A stretch of DNA of 33,662 nt, taken from positions 1 through 33,662 of IMG/VR virus record IMGVR_UViG_3300032258_000007. One strand, given 5' to 3'. Within the stretch, counting starts at the first letter, position 1; each line of letters begins with the position of its first letter. The position numbers and the translations under genes are program-made. Under the pieces are notes generated by a model that was not told where the DNA came from, searched no databases, and saw nothing but the letters and a program-made list of their open reading frames with translations. Of the stretch, positions 10,061 to 20,339 are shown piece after piece. The DNA comes from a virus (taxonomy: Duplodnaviria; Caudoviricetes).

Positions 10061-10414
10061 TTATTCTACGAAGGCAACTGAGATCTGCTCGTTGATATTC
10101 AAGCCCTTATCTCTGTACTGATAGTCTATAGTAGCAATAAGTTTATTGTATTCTGGGACCTCGGTTACAGTTACATTTCTTACAATTATTCTCGGTTCCC
10201 ATTTTGCTAGTGCTTCTTCAACACTTTTCTCAATTATCCCTTTTGTTACGTGGTCAATTTGATTGAATAGGCTAGCAGAAATATTGCTACCGAATGTTGG
10301 CTTTCCAGGGAGAGAGCCAATTCTAGTTAAAAGAATGTTTTTTATAGCGTTGTTAATTGCTGCAGCATCGGTAACGGTACCATTTGCTGTTCTATAATCT
10401 GTATATAATGGCAT
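10061..10414 (-). CDS. gp25: baseplate wedge subunit gp25-like
   Basis: AI.NAIKNILLT..G..P..PTFGS.I ... WEPRI, the GPW/gp25 signature. Confidence 0.92.
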   Translation of the reverse strand: MPLYTDYRTANGTVTDAAAINNAIKNILLTRIGSLPGKPTFGSNISASLFNQIDHVTKGIIEKSVEEALAKWEPRIIVRNVTVTEVPEYNKLIATIDYQYRDKGLNINEQISVAFVE

Positions 10415-10439
10415 CGTTATCCCTTGAAATAGTTTATTC

Positions 10440-10447
10440 TATTTATA
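10440..10447 (-). promoter_or_regulatory. T4-type late promoter TATAAATA
   Basis: Exact match upstream of gp25. Confidence 0.75.
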
Positions 10448-10451
10448 AGGC

Positions 10452-10742
10452 TTATCCGCCAGCGAAAACATTACCTGAGCCAACAACAACAGTTGAACCA
10501 CATGCTACTGGGTCTCCAATTCTTCCAAGTTGAACACCATTGACGAAAACGGTAGCACTGCCGCTAGCAAGTGTTGAATCATGACAAACTGGAGTAGGGT
10601 CACAATGAGTTACCCAATGGTCTCCTTGTCTGTGAGCACCAATTCCATTTACGAAAACGTCACTACTTGCTGAATCATTCGCCCTAGGTGGAAAAGCACC
10701 GTGGCCGGAGCAAGTATCTCCTAATCTACAAACGCCTGGCAT
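10452..10742 (-). CDS. PAAR spike-tip protein (T4 gp5.4-like)
   Basis: RLGD.CSGH..FPPR, VFVNG..AHR.GD, H C..H, GS.TVFVNG...GRIGD...CG, GS.NVF.G. Confidence 0.93.
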   Translation of the reverse strand: MPGVCRLGDTCSGHGAFPPRANDSASSDVFVNGIGAHRQGDHWVTHCDPTPVCHDSTLASGSATVFVNGVQLGRIGDPVACGSTVVVGSGNVFAGG

Positions 10743-10750
10743 ATTTCCTC

Positions 10751-11278
10751 CTAGTACCTTGTACTGAAATATGTATCAGTCCAAGTTTTAATCATGTCAT
10801 AAGTCTGAGTGACAGTGAAATCAAAAGTCTCAATATAATCAGCTACAAAAACTCCACCGTCTGTCACTGTGGTTGTTACTGTGCAACTCAGTACAATACT
10901 TGTTCTGCCATCAATCGCAATACTATAAACTTCTTTAAAATCTGGTACTGCAGACAATATTGAAACTACTGGAGTCTGTGTTGTGTTTGACTCTCCTTGG
11001 TCAACATAAGTGGCGCTGTACTGATCAAAATAATCAATAGGAGCAGTACCGGTAATTGCAACAGCGCATGTAGTATCAGTAAAACTTGGTGTTAATGTTA
11101 AGTTCAATCCTAAATCGAACCCACCGTATGGTACCCAAACAGCTGAACATGCTGTAATAATGTCAGTTGTATCTGGAGTATAAAGTCCAGAAATATTGAA
11201 ATTCACAGGAGACCCAACTGCAACTGACCCCAGAGATGCTGGATTAGGACCTGCCGGTGTCCAGACAAATGTTGCCAT
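10751..11278 (-). CDS. hypothetical virion protein (gp5.1 position)
   Basis: Coupled to gp5, lies between gp5 and PAAR, and is beta-rich. Confidence 0.65.
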   Translation of the reverse strand: MATFVWTPAGPNPASLGSVAVGSPVNFNISGLYTPDTTDIITACSAVWVPYGGFDLGLNLTLTPSFTDTTCAVAITGTAPIDYFDQYSATYVDQGESNTTQTPVVSILSAVPDFKEVYSIAIDGRTSIVLSCTVTTTVTDGGVFVADYIETFDFTVTQTYDMIKTWTDTYFSTRY

Positions 11279-12294
11279 TAGTTCAGATCAATTCTTGGAG
11301 CAGTAACTGAGTGGTTTCCACCATTGTTAACGGTGTGAGTTCCTGTTGTGTCAACAGTTAAATTGGCTCCAGAATTTAAAGCCATATTTTGCCCAGAGAT
11401 AAAACTAACCGTTCCTGTAACATCATAAGTAAGATTTCCGTCAACCTTAAGTGTCACATTTCCGACAACGTGCTCGGAAAGAGCTCCACCGATTTTTCGC
11501 TTAACAGCACCATCTACAATCTCATCGAGATTAGTCTCAAGATATTTCTTAACAGAACCAGCAATGTGTTCATTCACATCAGCCATATGAATATAATGAG
11601 ATGCTCCAGTACCGTTTATAGCTTTCTGGACAATACTTCCGTCAGGTTTAATCTCAATATATGAACCAGTTTTATGATAAAGCCGAATTCTCTCATTCCC
11701 TGTTGTGTCATCGAACTCGAACACGTGACCAGAAGCGGTTTCAAGTACAGCACACTCGGGATAAGTTGTAGAATCACTCGTGCTGCTAGGTTCAGTTTGA
11801 CTAACATCGGCCCCACTAGTAACATCAGTAATGTTACTGTTCACATCTATGTTATCGTTAATTGTCTGATGAATAGTATCAGTTAAAGTACCAGCCCTAG
11901 CTAATCTGTTAGTATCAGATTCTCCAACTCTGTTTGCTAGAGGATAAACACCATCTTTGTCATTGAAACCTTCTCCACCAGCATAGTCAGTTCTTGTAGC
12001 AGTAGTTCCCTTAATAGTCCCAACAATTAATGGCTTATTAGGATTTTCTTCATCTAGAACAACCCAAACCCAAGTTCCCTGTCTAAGGACTGAAGAAATA
12101 CCAATACCAGAAATTAAACCAAAATCAGTCCCACCAATAACTTCAGCCCAAGGTAAATCTGAACTTTTAATAAAGTTAAAAGCTTCGCCAGAGTTCTCAT
12201 TCTTAGCAGTATGCATTCCGAAAATACGAACGCGAACCCTTCCGTTTTCCAACGGGTCTAGATTATCTTCAACGACTGCTCGCCATAACTTCAT
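11278..12294 (-). CDS. gp5: baseplate central spike gp5-like (OB-fold plus beta-helix, no lysozyme domain)
   Basis: VVED..DPL..GRVRVR.FG.H, LPWA, ETASGHVFEFDDT.G.ERI..YH.TGSY.EI.PDG, C-terminal V.G beta-helix repeats and APRIDLN. Confidence 0.9.
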   Translation of the reverse strand: MKLWRAVVEDNLDPLENGRVRVRIFGMHTAKNENSGEAFNFIKSSDLPWAEVIGGTDFGLISGIGISSVLRQGTWVWVVLDEENPNKPLIVGTIKGTTATRTDYAGGEGFNDKDGVYPLANRVGESDTNRLARAGTLTDTIHQTINDNIDVNSNITDVTSGADVSQTEPSSTSDSTTYPECAVLETASGHVFEFDDTTGNERIRLYHKTGSYIEIKPDGSIVQKAINGTGASHYIHMADVNEHIAGSVKKYLETNLDEIVDGAVKRKIGGALSEHVVGNVTLKVDGNLTYDVTGTVSFISGQNMALNSGANLTVDTTGTHTVNNGGNHSVTAPRIDLN

Positions 12295-13454
12295 CTTGGT
12301 GTCCTTGCGTCAACTCTTGAAAGAGTAATTTTATTAATGTACTTATCGCCCATAATTTTATCAGTAACTTTACTAATGAAATACTTGCCGCCCGTTAGTA
12401 CATCTCCCTTCAAAGCAGTATCTGATGACAGAACGACACCATTCAGCTCAAGTAAAGCAACATTTCCGATGTTCGAGTCTTTAAGACTACCAGAACACAC
12501 AATATCTATAGAGTTATTCTTGCCGTAGGAATCAAATAACTCATAGTCCTGATTTCCGGTTGTAAAGAAACTCTGCTTATCATATTTCTCACCAGTGGTG
12601 AGTTGGAGACCAGTTGCATCTAAAGTATTGAGCTTTATATTTGGAACCACATCTGTAAGATTTCTTGTTAAATCTACAATCTTTTTATCGTTATTGTATC
12701 TGAAAGTTCTCATTATCGGCTTTTCAGAATTTGTTCTCATAACAGAGTTCTTATTTTCCATGTACTCATGAACCTTGTACAGGTACTCGTTGTTTAATGT
12801 CTTGTTAGAATAAACAATATCTTTGCCATCGTTCTGCATTGGAGTAAGAGCACCGATATTTATTTCCTTAATGTACAGACCATTTCTATCTTGCCATATT
12901 CTGATGTTCTCTTGTTTAAATCTCTCGGTGAAGAAATCTAGAACAGATATATTCTGAGGAACAACAAATGAGTCAGATGTGCTTGTGTCAGTAATGTTTG
13001 TTGTAAGCTTATCAGCACTTAAAAGTTTATCTATTCCCAGCTCAGTCATGTAAGATTGAAATGCAGCTACAGGTGTCCCGGTAAAACTTTTTGAAACATA
13101 AGAATTCATCAACTGAAAAGTGATCTCATCTATAAAGAAGAACTTATAAAGTTTAAATCTATCACCACTTGGCTCAACAGTTGTATTCACAATTCTGAAT
13201 GTTCTTTTATTTGAAGTTCCAAGAAAATCCTTTACAGAAATCACGAGCTTGTTATCACCGTTCAGTGTTATAAGTCCGTTGTTATTGATGTCAAATGTGT
13301 CTCTAAACAACATATGACCACCAATTCCGAACTCATCAAAATTCTGAGCAAATTCAATACTTAGAATATCATGGGGAAAAAGTTGTTCTCCATCTATACT
13401 GACATGAATATATCTAAGTACAGATGTATCATTTAGAATTTTTTCAAATCCCAT
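12291..13454 (-). CDS. baseplate hub protein (gp27-like)
   Basis: Synteny (between gp53 and gp5), size, and C-terminal G.Y.I..V.....Y...I.L.R. Confidence 0.65.
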   Translation of the reverse strand: MGFEKILNDTSVLRYIHVSIDGEQLFPHDILSIEFAQNFDEFGIGGHMLFRDTFDINNNGLITLNGDNKLVISVKDFLGTSNKRTFRIVNTTVEPSGDRFKLYKFFFIDEITFQLMNSYVSKSFTGTPVAAFQSYMTELGIDKLLSADKLTTNITDTSTSDSFVVPQNISVLDFFTERFKQENIRIWQDRNGLYIKEINIGALTPMQNDGKDIVYSNKTLNNEYLYKVHEYMENKNSVMRTNSEKPIMRTFRYNNDKKIVDLTRNLTDVVPNIKLNTLDATGLQLTTGEKYDKQSFFTTGNQDYELFDSYGKNNSIDIVCSGSLKDSNIGNVALLELNGVVLSSDTALKGDVLTGGKYFISKVTDKIMGDKYINKITLSRVDARTPR

Positions 13455-13933
13455 TAGAAGATTCCCTGGTCGTAACCGTCCTGAAGGAATTGGTTCATCT
13501 GAGATGGTTTAATAATTTTGATAACTCGATTAAGTTCTGATTGAGCAATAAAATCGGTTTCATATTTGTTGTACATAATCACATGCTCAGCATCAGGAAC
13601 TGTAAGTCCACTATAACTAACTTCGTATTCTGCTATATTATCTTCAGCTAGATTACTTAAAGTATCAAAATTAAAGGGCAGTCCAGTTAGAGGATTTCTG
13701 TGATTAATAACCAGAAGAATATCCCAATAGTTAGCACTACCATATAGTTCAAGAGCAATTCTCTCAAACTTATCATCATTCTCAACCTGGTACCAGTCTG
13801 TCATAGAAGTGGGCAATGATGCTACGTATGATTGAACTTTTGTGAAGTTTAAACTAGTGTAATCAGCTACATTGTAGCCGTCAACATCACGACGATCGAA
13901 TTTCATTAAAGTATCTGTTAAATAGCCAGCCAT
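13454..13933 (-). CDS. gp53: baseplate wedge protein gp53-like (LysM-like)
   Basis: Y.V...DK.ERIA.ELYGS..YWDILL.IN...NP...LP, R.IKIIKP. Confidence 0.85.
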   Translation of the reverse strand: MAGYLTDTLMKFDRRDVDGYNVADYTSLNFTKVQSYVASLPTSMTDWYQVENDDKFERIALELYGSANYWDILLVINHRNPLTGLPFNFDTLSNLAEDNIAEYEVSYSGLTVPDAEHVIMYNKYETDFIAQSELNRVIKIIKPSQMNQFLQDGYDQGIF

Positions 13934-14838
13934 TATGTAATACCTACCCTACCATTTCTTCCTTCTGTTGGGACCGGAATTGTATTAAAATCTTGTGATG
14001 TTTGCATATCAACTTCTTGTAGAGTCATAGATAAGTTCATCTGTTTAGGGAACCCATCTGCTGTTTGTTGCATTGCTCCATCAGCACCATAATCCATACT
14101 GATACTTGTTATAACCACTCGATCAAGTGAGATCATAGATGTTATGTACTTATTGCTTAACTCAATATGGAAATAGTGAGGAGCTAATAGTGACACACCC
14201 GTAACTGTTTGTGTCGGAGAAGAATATTCTTTCAGTTTCAGAACAATCATCATAATATCTGCAGCTTCCTGAGCACTATTAGGAACGAGCTCCCAAGCAC
14301 AGTTGAATGTTCTAGGTTCTGAACCAGAATAATTTTGGAAATAGCCAGGATCAAATAGTGGCTTACGCATACTAGCTCCAGATAAAACAGAACCCATTGC
14401 TTGGTCGGCAGAAATATTAGCAGCTCCACCAGCAACGGATTTTAAAACACCAGCAACTAGACCCTTACCACCAATTTTATCAATAGTCCCACCCAGAGTT
14501 TTGCTCATTAACTCTTTACCCATAGTACCGACAATACCAGATTCTCTACTCCAACCGTGAGATTGTTGGTCGGTGAAGGTGTTAGGAAGAGGTAAAACAA
14601 TCACATCTTTTGTTGGGTCTTTTGTGTTCTTATAGTTTGCTTTCTTATTAGCAGCAACTTCTTCTGTAGTAGTAGCAGACACCGATTCAAAACTCAGAAC
14701 CTGACCAGCCTTCTCGAGACCTTTTGCTAGTGCAGTTTTGGCATCTTGAAGAACAGTAACTTCTTTAATGTAAATAGTGAATTTTCTATTTTCATATGGT
14801 GGAGTTTTAATATCTGATGGGTAGTAATAAGTATCCAT
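13933..14838 (-). CDS. gp48: baseplate tail-tube cap gp48-like
   Basis: I.LP.P, Y.G..PRTF...W.L.P.S..EA..I..I, P......., I..DY, G.P....L.M...E. Confidence 0.8.
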   Translation of the reverse strand: MDTYYYPSDIKTPPYENRKFTIYIKEVTVLQDAKTALAKGLEKAGQVLSFESVSATTTEEVAANKKANYKNTKDPTKDVIVLPLPNTFTDQQSHGWSRESGIVGTMGKELMSKTLGGTIDKIGGKGLVAGVLKSVAGGAANISADQAMGSVLSGASMRKPLFDPGYFQNYSGSEPRTFNCAWELVPNSAQEAADIMMIVLKLKEYSSPTQTVTGVSLLAPHYFHIELSNKYITSMISLDRVVITSISMDYGADGAMQQTADGFPKQMNLSMTLQEVDMQTSQDFNTIPVPTEGRNGRVGIT

Positions 14839-14847
14839 TATCCCTCT

Positions 14848-16743
14848 TTATACCGAAAATGCTGCAAGTAATTTTTCATTTTTTTGCTCTGGTGTACTAT
14901 TTATATTGTTCATCATAACCGGTTGTACAAGTTGAGCAACCTGCTGAGCATCAACTTTATTTGCTTGAGCCGATGCAGTAGTAATTTTTGAAGAAGCATT
15001 ATCAATAATTATCTCTTTAACGGTCTTGTTAACTTCAGCTTTAATATCAGTACCCTTTGATTGCGCTTCAGCAGCAACCTCATCACCGATATCACCAATC
15101 TGTTTACCAATATTAGCAATACTAACAGCTTTAACTTTAGCCTTAGCAGCATTGACTGACATATCTTTGGTGCTTGTTTCACCTTCTGCAAGTTGAGTAC
15201 TTGGCATATTTGATGGAATAGAATCTTTAATAGCTTTTTTACCTGATGCTCTAATTCCAGCACGGTCAAGACCCACTGGTTCAACATGCCATGTTTCTCC
15301 AGGAACTGGTCTGGTAAATCCGTACTTATTAAACAGTCCAGCACTGATTGCCTTATTAGCATTTACGGTATTCATATCAATTGCTACACCGTAATTATGC
15401 ATCGAAGCACCCGGCGCAGCAGCTCTAGATCCAAATTTCTCTTTCAGTTCTGCCTGCTCGGCGAACGATCTAAATGCACTATTAATTTGAATTTTCTCAC
15501 CGAAAGTATCAAGATACTCTGCACCCATAGCCTTTAAGTTGCTTAAAGTATTCGGCTCGAGTCCTTCAATATCTTTATCATTAACCTTATAAAAGTTAAA
15601 CAGCTCACTTGATTTATAATCATCCGGATTCAGTGATGAGCTTGATGTTCCGTCTGCATTCGGAACCGTTGGAACTTGCTTCATCTGATAACTAATTTTC
15701 TCAGGTGGTGCTTTCTTAGCACTCTCATCTGTTGGTACTCTCTCTTCTGCAGCCTTTTGAGTACGAATCATTCTCAGCTTGGCCATATCTTCATCAGACC
15801 AATCATCAATCTTTATAATCTCTTGTATTTCGGTTTCCTTAAGCTTGACCAAACGAGACCAAGAAGTAATTTCAGAATTACCAATCGTGTCATGGTCTAT
15901 AATTCCCATATTTTCATATTTCTCAATAATGGGATTTCCACCAGTGAGATTATTAATCCCTTTTGAAGTCTCGCCAGCATCTGCTAGACCAAATGTTAGT
16001 CCAGAAATTGCACTGCCAGCAGCAGAAGAAGCTTTATTAGCAGTTGTGATATTTTCTTCATCAATACCAAGATTTTCACCTGCGTTATTGTATCCGTCAA
16101 TGCCATCGGAGATGGCCATTCCAGCACCGATAACTGCACCGAGTGGACCAGCGAACTTAGCAAATCTCAGAGCACCCTTAGCAAGTTTACCCATGCCTGA
16201 AGCTTTCTTGATAAATCTACCAGTTTTAGGGTCACGAGCTGGCATCTTTCTTTTAGGTTTTGCTTTACTTGTTTTCTTCTTTTTAGCCTGTTCTTTTTTA
16301 GCAGCCCCTGCGTGTAACTTATTTCTACCAAGACCTAGAGCACCGAGGGCTCCAAGACCACCGAGACCGAAGCCTCCTGATGATTCATCTCCAGTTCCAG
16401 CACCAGCATCTTCGATTCCAGCAGGCAGTTGACCTAATGAAGCTGTCTTTATCCCTTTACTCGCGTGTTTGATCGATGTATCCTGTTCATCAATCATGTC
16501 TCTGTAGATTTTTTCTAAAGTACTAAGAATCTTCTTATTAACTGTAAGTAAAGCGAATGAATTTGGGTCAGGTTTAGATTTATCTTTATCAGCACGTTGG
16601 TTCTGAATTAAGTTCTCGATCTGTTCAGCAGCAACAGTTTCACCCTGCTCGTTCATGTAGCTAACGAGTTTCTCATTTGTCTCAGCAATAGCAGTTGGGG
16701 TTGCTGTATCCATATTTAGTTTTTGATCGAACTTATCAGTCAT
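14848..16743 (-). CDS. tape-measure/gp29-like protein with an M15 (VanY-like) peptidase domain
   Basis: Gly/Ala-rich hydrophobic segments and position in the hub cluster. M15 motifs: INSAFRS..EQ..L, APG.S.H..G.AID, YGF......E.WH.E. Confidence 0.7.
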   Translation of the reverse strand: MTDKFDQKLNMDTATPTAIAETNEKLVSYMNEQGETVAAEQIENLIQNQRADKDKSKPDPNSFALLTVNKKILSTLEKIYRDMIDEQDTSIKHASKGIKTASLGQLPAGIEDAGAGTGDESSGGFGLGGLGALGALGLGRNKLHAGAAKKEQAKKKKTSKAKPKRKMPARDPKTGRFIKKASGMGKLAKGALRFAKFAGPLGAVIGAGMAISDGIDGYNNAGENLGIDEENITTANKASSAAGSAISGLTFGLADAGETSKGINNLTGGNPIIEKYENMGIIDHDTIGNSEITSWSRLVKLKETEIQEIIKIDDWSDEDMAKLRMIRTQKAAEERVPTDESAKKAPPEKISYQMKQVPTVPNADGTSSSSLNPDDYKSSELFNFYKVNDKDIEGLEPNTLSNLKAMGAEYLDTFGEKIQINSAFRSFAEQAELKEKFGSRAAAPGASMHNYGVAIDMNTVNANKAISAGLFNKYGFTRPVPGETWHVEPVGLDRAGIRASGKKAIKDSIPSNMPSTQLAEGETSTKDMSVNAAKAKVKAVSIANIGKQIGDIGDEVAAEAQSKGTDIKAEVNKTVKEIIIDNASSKITTASAQANKVDAQQVAQLVQPVMMNNINSTPEQKNEKLLAAFSV

Positions 16744-17432
16744 TGATTAAGATCCTCTTTTGTCTTTTCTAGAAGACTTAGTAAAATTGTTCTTTCGAAC
16801 GGGTACATAGTATCTACATCACTTTTTGAGTACCCTCCATTTACTACAAATTCATTATATGTCTGGTACATGCTAATTAGTGAATCGTCACTCATCATAC
16901 TCAGAACGAAACTCGGTTCATTAATTCTGATGTGATTAATAGCAGTACACTTCTGACAAGCAGAAGGTTTTCTGAACTCGAACCGGGTAACTGATTTTTC
17001 TATTTCAGCCTTAATATCATCGAACTCATCTAAATCTAATTCTCCAATATCAACAGAAATGAACTCTTGGATATTTTCATCTGTAAGCTCCATGAATTTA
17101 TCTAATATGTTACTGTTCTCTATATTGCTAGACGTTATAATTTGTTCAATATCAACAGTATTTTCATTCTGTGAACCGCAACTCTTGCACTTGAACACAA
17201 GACTAAGACTAGCACCTACGGATATTTCTCTAAGCTTGTACAACATAGCAACTTTTTCGTGCTCAGATAAGTCCTCGTAAATATCCTTTTTGATATTACA
17301 GATTTCTAGAACCTCATCTAGATCAGTTTCAGCATCATGCATTGCTAGCAGCAGCATGTCTTTTTCCTGCTGAGTATTATACGGAGAAAGCTTAAATTTC
17401 TTTCCACTGTACCCGTAGTCAACTTTTAGCAT
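16740..17432 (-). CDS. baseplate hub assembly protein (gp26-like with gp51-like C-terminus)
   Basis: PY...EK..L, KLR..SVG, two CxxC pairs, C-terminal YSKSDVDTMYPFER resembling gp51. Confidence 0.7.
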   Translation of the reverse strand: MLKVDYGYSGKKFKLSPYNTQQEKDMLLLAMHDAETDLDEVLEICNIKKDIYEDLSEHEKVAMLYKLREISVGASLSLVFKCKSCGSQNENTVDIEQIITSSNIENSNILDKFMELTDENIQEFISVDIGELDLDEFDDIKAEIEKSVTRFEFRKPSACQKCTAINHIRINEPSFVLSMMSDDSLISMYQTYNEFVVNGGYSKSDVDTMYPFERTILLSLLEKTKEDLNQ

Positions 17433-18098
17433 TTAGATATTCCAAGACTCTGGGAAAAATCCCGGCAAATCATCAAACTCATATGTCTCTTGAGCTTTAC
17501 AATGAGGACATTGCACAGTGTGTATATTGTTAACCTTGAATCTCATAGCTTCCCATTGAGCAAAAATATCCTCGAAAGCATCAACATCAAGATTATTGAT
17601 AATGTCATTCAGTCCATCAAAATCAAGACTCTCGTTCTGATTATAAGATTTGATGTGGAGAATAAAATCAACGAGTAATTTCTGTTCATCATTTACATAT
17701 GCTCCAATTACATTATCATAGAATTCTCTATTTCTGATAGAAGTCATTTCAAATGAATGAATACCTGATTGGACAATTCCGTACTTACTGAATTCGGGTT
17801 TCATAATTTGTTTCAGATCAGCAGTATAATCATATTCTTCTAAGCACTCATCACATCTAAATGTGTACGAAATAGAATTCGGAAGAGACTCAGCTCTGAT
17901 TCTCATTAACAAATATTTGTACTCATCTTCAGACAAAGCGATTTTCTCATCTCTCAAGCAGTCATATACGAGTGCTTCTTTGATAATCTTAGGGTCTCTG
18001 TTAGCAGAAAGAAATTTGTTTTTGTCTTTAACTTTCCACTTTCTGAACTTAATATTCTTGTCTCGAATTTTAGCTAAATGGTCGAATTTTTCTGTCAT
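17433..18098 (-). CDS. baseplate hub subunit gp26-like
   Basis: FR.W.VKD, EY.YLL..IR..S, C..C, CPHC, C-terminal DLPGFF. Confidence 0.7.
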   Translation of the reverse strand: MTEKFDHLAKIRDKNIKFRKWKVKDKNKFLSANRDPKIIKEALVYDCLRDEKIALSEDEYKYLLMRIRAESLPNSISYTFRCDECLEEYDYTADLKQIMKPEFSKYGIVQSGIHSFEMTSIRNREFYDNVIGAYVNDEQKLLVDFILHIKSYNQNESLDFDGLNDIINNLDVDAFEDIFAQWEAMRFKVNNIHTVQCPHCKAQETYEFDDLPGFFPESWNI

Positions 18099-18646
18099 TA
18101 TTGTCTAGGTCCTTTTGCGCTTGAATTTCCTTCAATGAATGGTGCACTTGTCTTGAATTCAACATCGAATTCAGCAATCTGTGATTCAGTTTCATTACTA
18201 AACTGTACTTGTCCAACGGATTCTATCATAACTTCATCGAAATGAAACAACACGCGTTCATTTTCTCCGTGATAATCTCCGTCTTTAAAAAGAGTTACCT
18301 GCATTTTAATATCATCAAAATATGATGTCTTTTGCCAGTTGTATGACTTGATGAACTTTCTATACAGTGTCATTTGGTCTTGGTCTCTGAAGCTAATTGT
18401 GAACTTCCACAGCTCATTACGACCGTTGTGAATTTTCCAGCGGTCTCCAACATATGACTCGATTGCTTGGTTAGTATACTGTGGAGTGCTAATACTTTTG
18501 ATATTAATAGTCAGACCATCTTCTTCTTCTGGAGTCCAGCCAACACTACTCCTAATAAAGTCAGAAAATAAGAACTGAACTCTAAAGGTGTTAATGTATG
18601 ACCATTTTGTGCTGTATGCTTTTTCTAAACCTTTGGCAAAGTCCAT
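18098..18646 (-). CDS. gp19/gp54-like tail tube-fold protein
   Basis: N.F.V.F, I.TP, FTISFRD, C-terminal I.EFDV.F, the same pattern as the adjacent tube paralogs. Confidence 0.65.
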   Translation of the reverse strand: MDFAKGLEKAYSTKWSYINTFRVQFLFSDFIRSSVGWTPEEEDGLTINIKSISTPQYTNQAIESYVGDRWKIHNGRNELWKFTISFRDQDQMTLYRKFIKSYNWQKTSYFDDIKMQVTLFKDGDYHGENERVLFHFDEVMIESVGQVQFSNETESQIAEFDVEFKTSAPFIEGNSSAKGPRQ

Positions 18647-18670
18647 GAGTACTCCTTGCTATATTTTTAT

Positions 18671-18698
18671 TATTTATACCGATGCCAAAGTATAAATA
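18671..18698. promoter_or_regulatory. back-to-back divergent late promoters (TATAAATA on - at 18671-18678 and on + at 18691-18698)
   Basis: Two exact matches at the strand-switch point between the baseplate and tube/head operons. Confidence 0.8.
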
Positions 18699-18718
18699 TA
18701 ACAAAAAGGAGATACTAA

Positions 18719-19576
18719 TTGTCAAGTGCTATTCAGAACATTTTAGCTAGAACCCTTGGTGACCTCGCAAGAGCAACAAAATACGAAGTATTTTTCGCTT
18801 TTACAGATCCTAAATCTCAGCTAGATAAAGATACTCTTATTGCAATGGGTAAGACAGCTAGTTTTCCTGGCAAGTCTCACACAACTATTGACTTTAAGTA
18901 CAAAGGTAGATCAGTACCGATTAAAGGTCAAACTAAGTATACTCAAACTTGGGAATGTACTTTCTATCTCACAGAAGACCACAAGTTGAAAAACGCATTT
19001 GAAAATTGGATTGAAGCACTAGATCAGAAACATAACTATTTTGATGTGACTGAATCAGATAGTATTCCAGGAATGCAAGCAAAACATTCTACTAGCGGTT
19101 ATACTACAGAATTGTTTATCTATCAAAAGAATTTCTACGACGATGCTGAAACAGCAGAATACATTCTACATAATGCATTCCCAGTTGATGTAGCTCCGGT
19201 TCAGACAAATTATGAATCACTGGGTCAGACACAAGAGTTCACAGTAACATTCGCATACAGTCATTTTACTTCTCAGGTGCTTAAGGGAACTGCTGGAAAC
19301 TTTATTGATAATCTCATCGGTAAACTTGGAGATTATTCTAATAGTTTAGTAAATGGTAGTTTATCTGCTGTTGGTGATAAGATAAACTCCTTTGTTTCAG
19401 ATGCTACGGGTAATGCCCTACAGGAACTGAACTCTTGGTCGCAGGGACTATCAACAGATTTTAATCTCGGCGATGTTGGAGATATTCTTTCTGATGCAAA
19501 AGCTTCTCAATTAATGGGAGCTGGTGTTGACAGTATGCCGAACACATTCTTAGATAAAGTAAAGGGAATTAAATGA
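18719..19576 (+). CDS. gp19-like tail tube protein (possible tube initiator) with C-terminal extension; TTG start
   Basis: LAR..KY.V, SFPG, YKGR...I.G...Y..TW..TF, F..W, L.NAFP..V, EF.VTFAY. AAAGGAG RBS. Confidence 0.8.
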   Translation: MSSAIQNILARTLGDLARATKYEVFFAFTDPKSQLDKDTLIAMGKTASFPGKSHTTIDFKYKGRSVPIKGQTKYTQTWECTFYLTEDHKLKNAFENWIEALDQKHNYFDVTESDSIPGMQAKHSTSGYTTELFIYQKNFYDDAETAEYILHNAFPVDVAPVQTNYESLGQTQEFTVTFAYSHFTSQVLKGTAGNFIDNLIGKLGDYSNSLVNGSLSAVGDKINSFVSDATGNALQELNSWSQGLSTDFNLGDVGDILSDAKASQLMGAGVDSMPNTFLDKVKGIK

Positions 19577-20331
19577 ACTTTTCAATCGAAGATCTAAAGA
19601 AACATTTAGGTCCGGGTCTCGGGCTTAGAAAGAACAAGTACCTTCTTGAGATTCCAGTTCCTGGAATTGAGGGTGCTAAACTTAACGTACTTGCGAGAAG
19701 TGCTGGTCTTCCAGAACGGAATATAACAACAAGCACTATCTTTCACAAAGGTCGCAAGTACAACGTAAGAGGTGAAACCGATTATATCGGCACATATGAA
19801 GTATCAATTGTAGATGATTCGGCAATGAATATCCGAAGAAAATTCGACGATTGGTTAAGACTCATTGATGATTCTAAACCTGCTAATGCTGGATTATTTA
19901 GTGGTGCTTCATATGAAACTGGTGTAGGCTCAGCTTTAGATGTAATTAGATCTGGAGTTGAAGCAGCGAACCAGGTTAAAGCGGCTATTAAGAATCCTGC
20001 TGAAGTAATTGGCGGACTTTTCATAGGTACTGTTGATCCGGGTCAGACTGCTCCAAGCGCTGAATACCAAACAGATATTAACATATGGCAGTTATCAGCC
20101 ATTGGAGATAAGATTTACGGGTACAAATTACAGAATGCTTTCCCATCTTCGATAGGGATTGTAACATTAGATGATGGTGATGCAAACACATTATCAGAAT
20201 TTAGCGTTAACTTTGCATTCAGTGAATTTATACCACTAGAAGGTGTTACTGTGCCACAACAAGTGGTAGATACCTTACTAGGAGGCGACGCTCAAGATGT
20301 CATAACCGGCATTGAGGCCCTCGTCAGATAA
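19573..20331 (+). CDS. gp19-like tail tube protein paralog
   Basis: R.NKY, LP.R, KGR....RGE, R..F..W, Y.L.NAFP..IG...LD, EF.V.FAFS. Confidence 0.8.
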   Translation: MNFSIEDLKKHLGPGLGLRKNKYLLEIPVPGIEGAKLNVLARSAGLPERNITTSTIFHKGRKYNVRGETDYIGTYEVSIVDDSAMNIRRKFDDWLRLIDDSKPANAGLFSGASYETGVGSALDVIRSGVEAANQVKAAIKNPAEVIGGLFIGTVDPGQTAPSAEYQTDINIWQLSAIGDKIYGYKLQNAFPSSIGIVTLDDGDANTLSEFSVNFAFSEFIPLEGVTVPQQVVDTLLGGDAQDVITGIEALVR

Positions 20332-20339
20332 TATAAATA
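20332..20339 (+). promoter_or_regulatory. T4-type late promoter TATAAATA
   Basis: Exact match upstream of the major tube gene. Confidence 0.75.

Noticed and set aside
15779-16432. 217-aa plus-strand ORF, and similar antisense or alternate-frame ORFs (e.g. 22635-23159, 15009-15362, 4549-4860, 32630-32953)
   Set aside because: They lie wholly inside well-supported genes with no recognisable motifs, as expected for shadow ORFs from codon bias.
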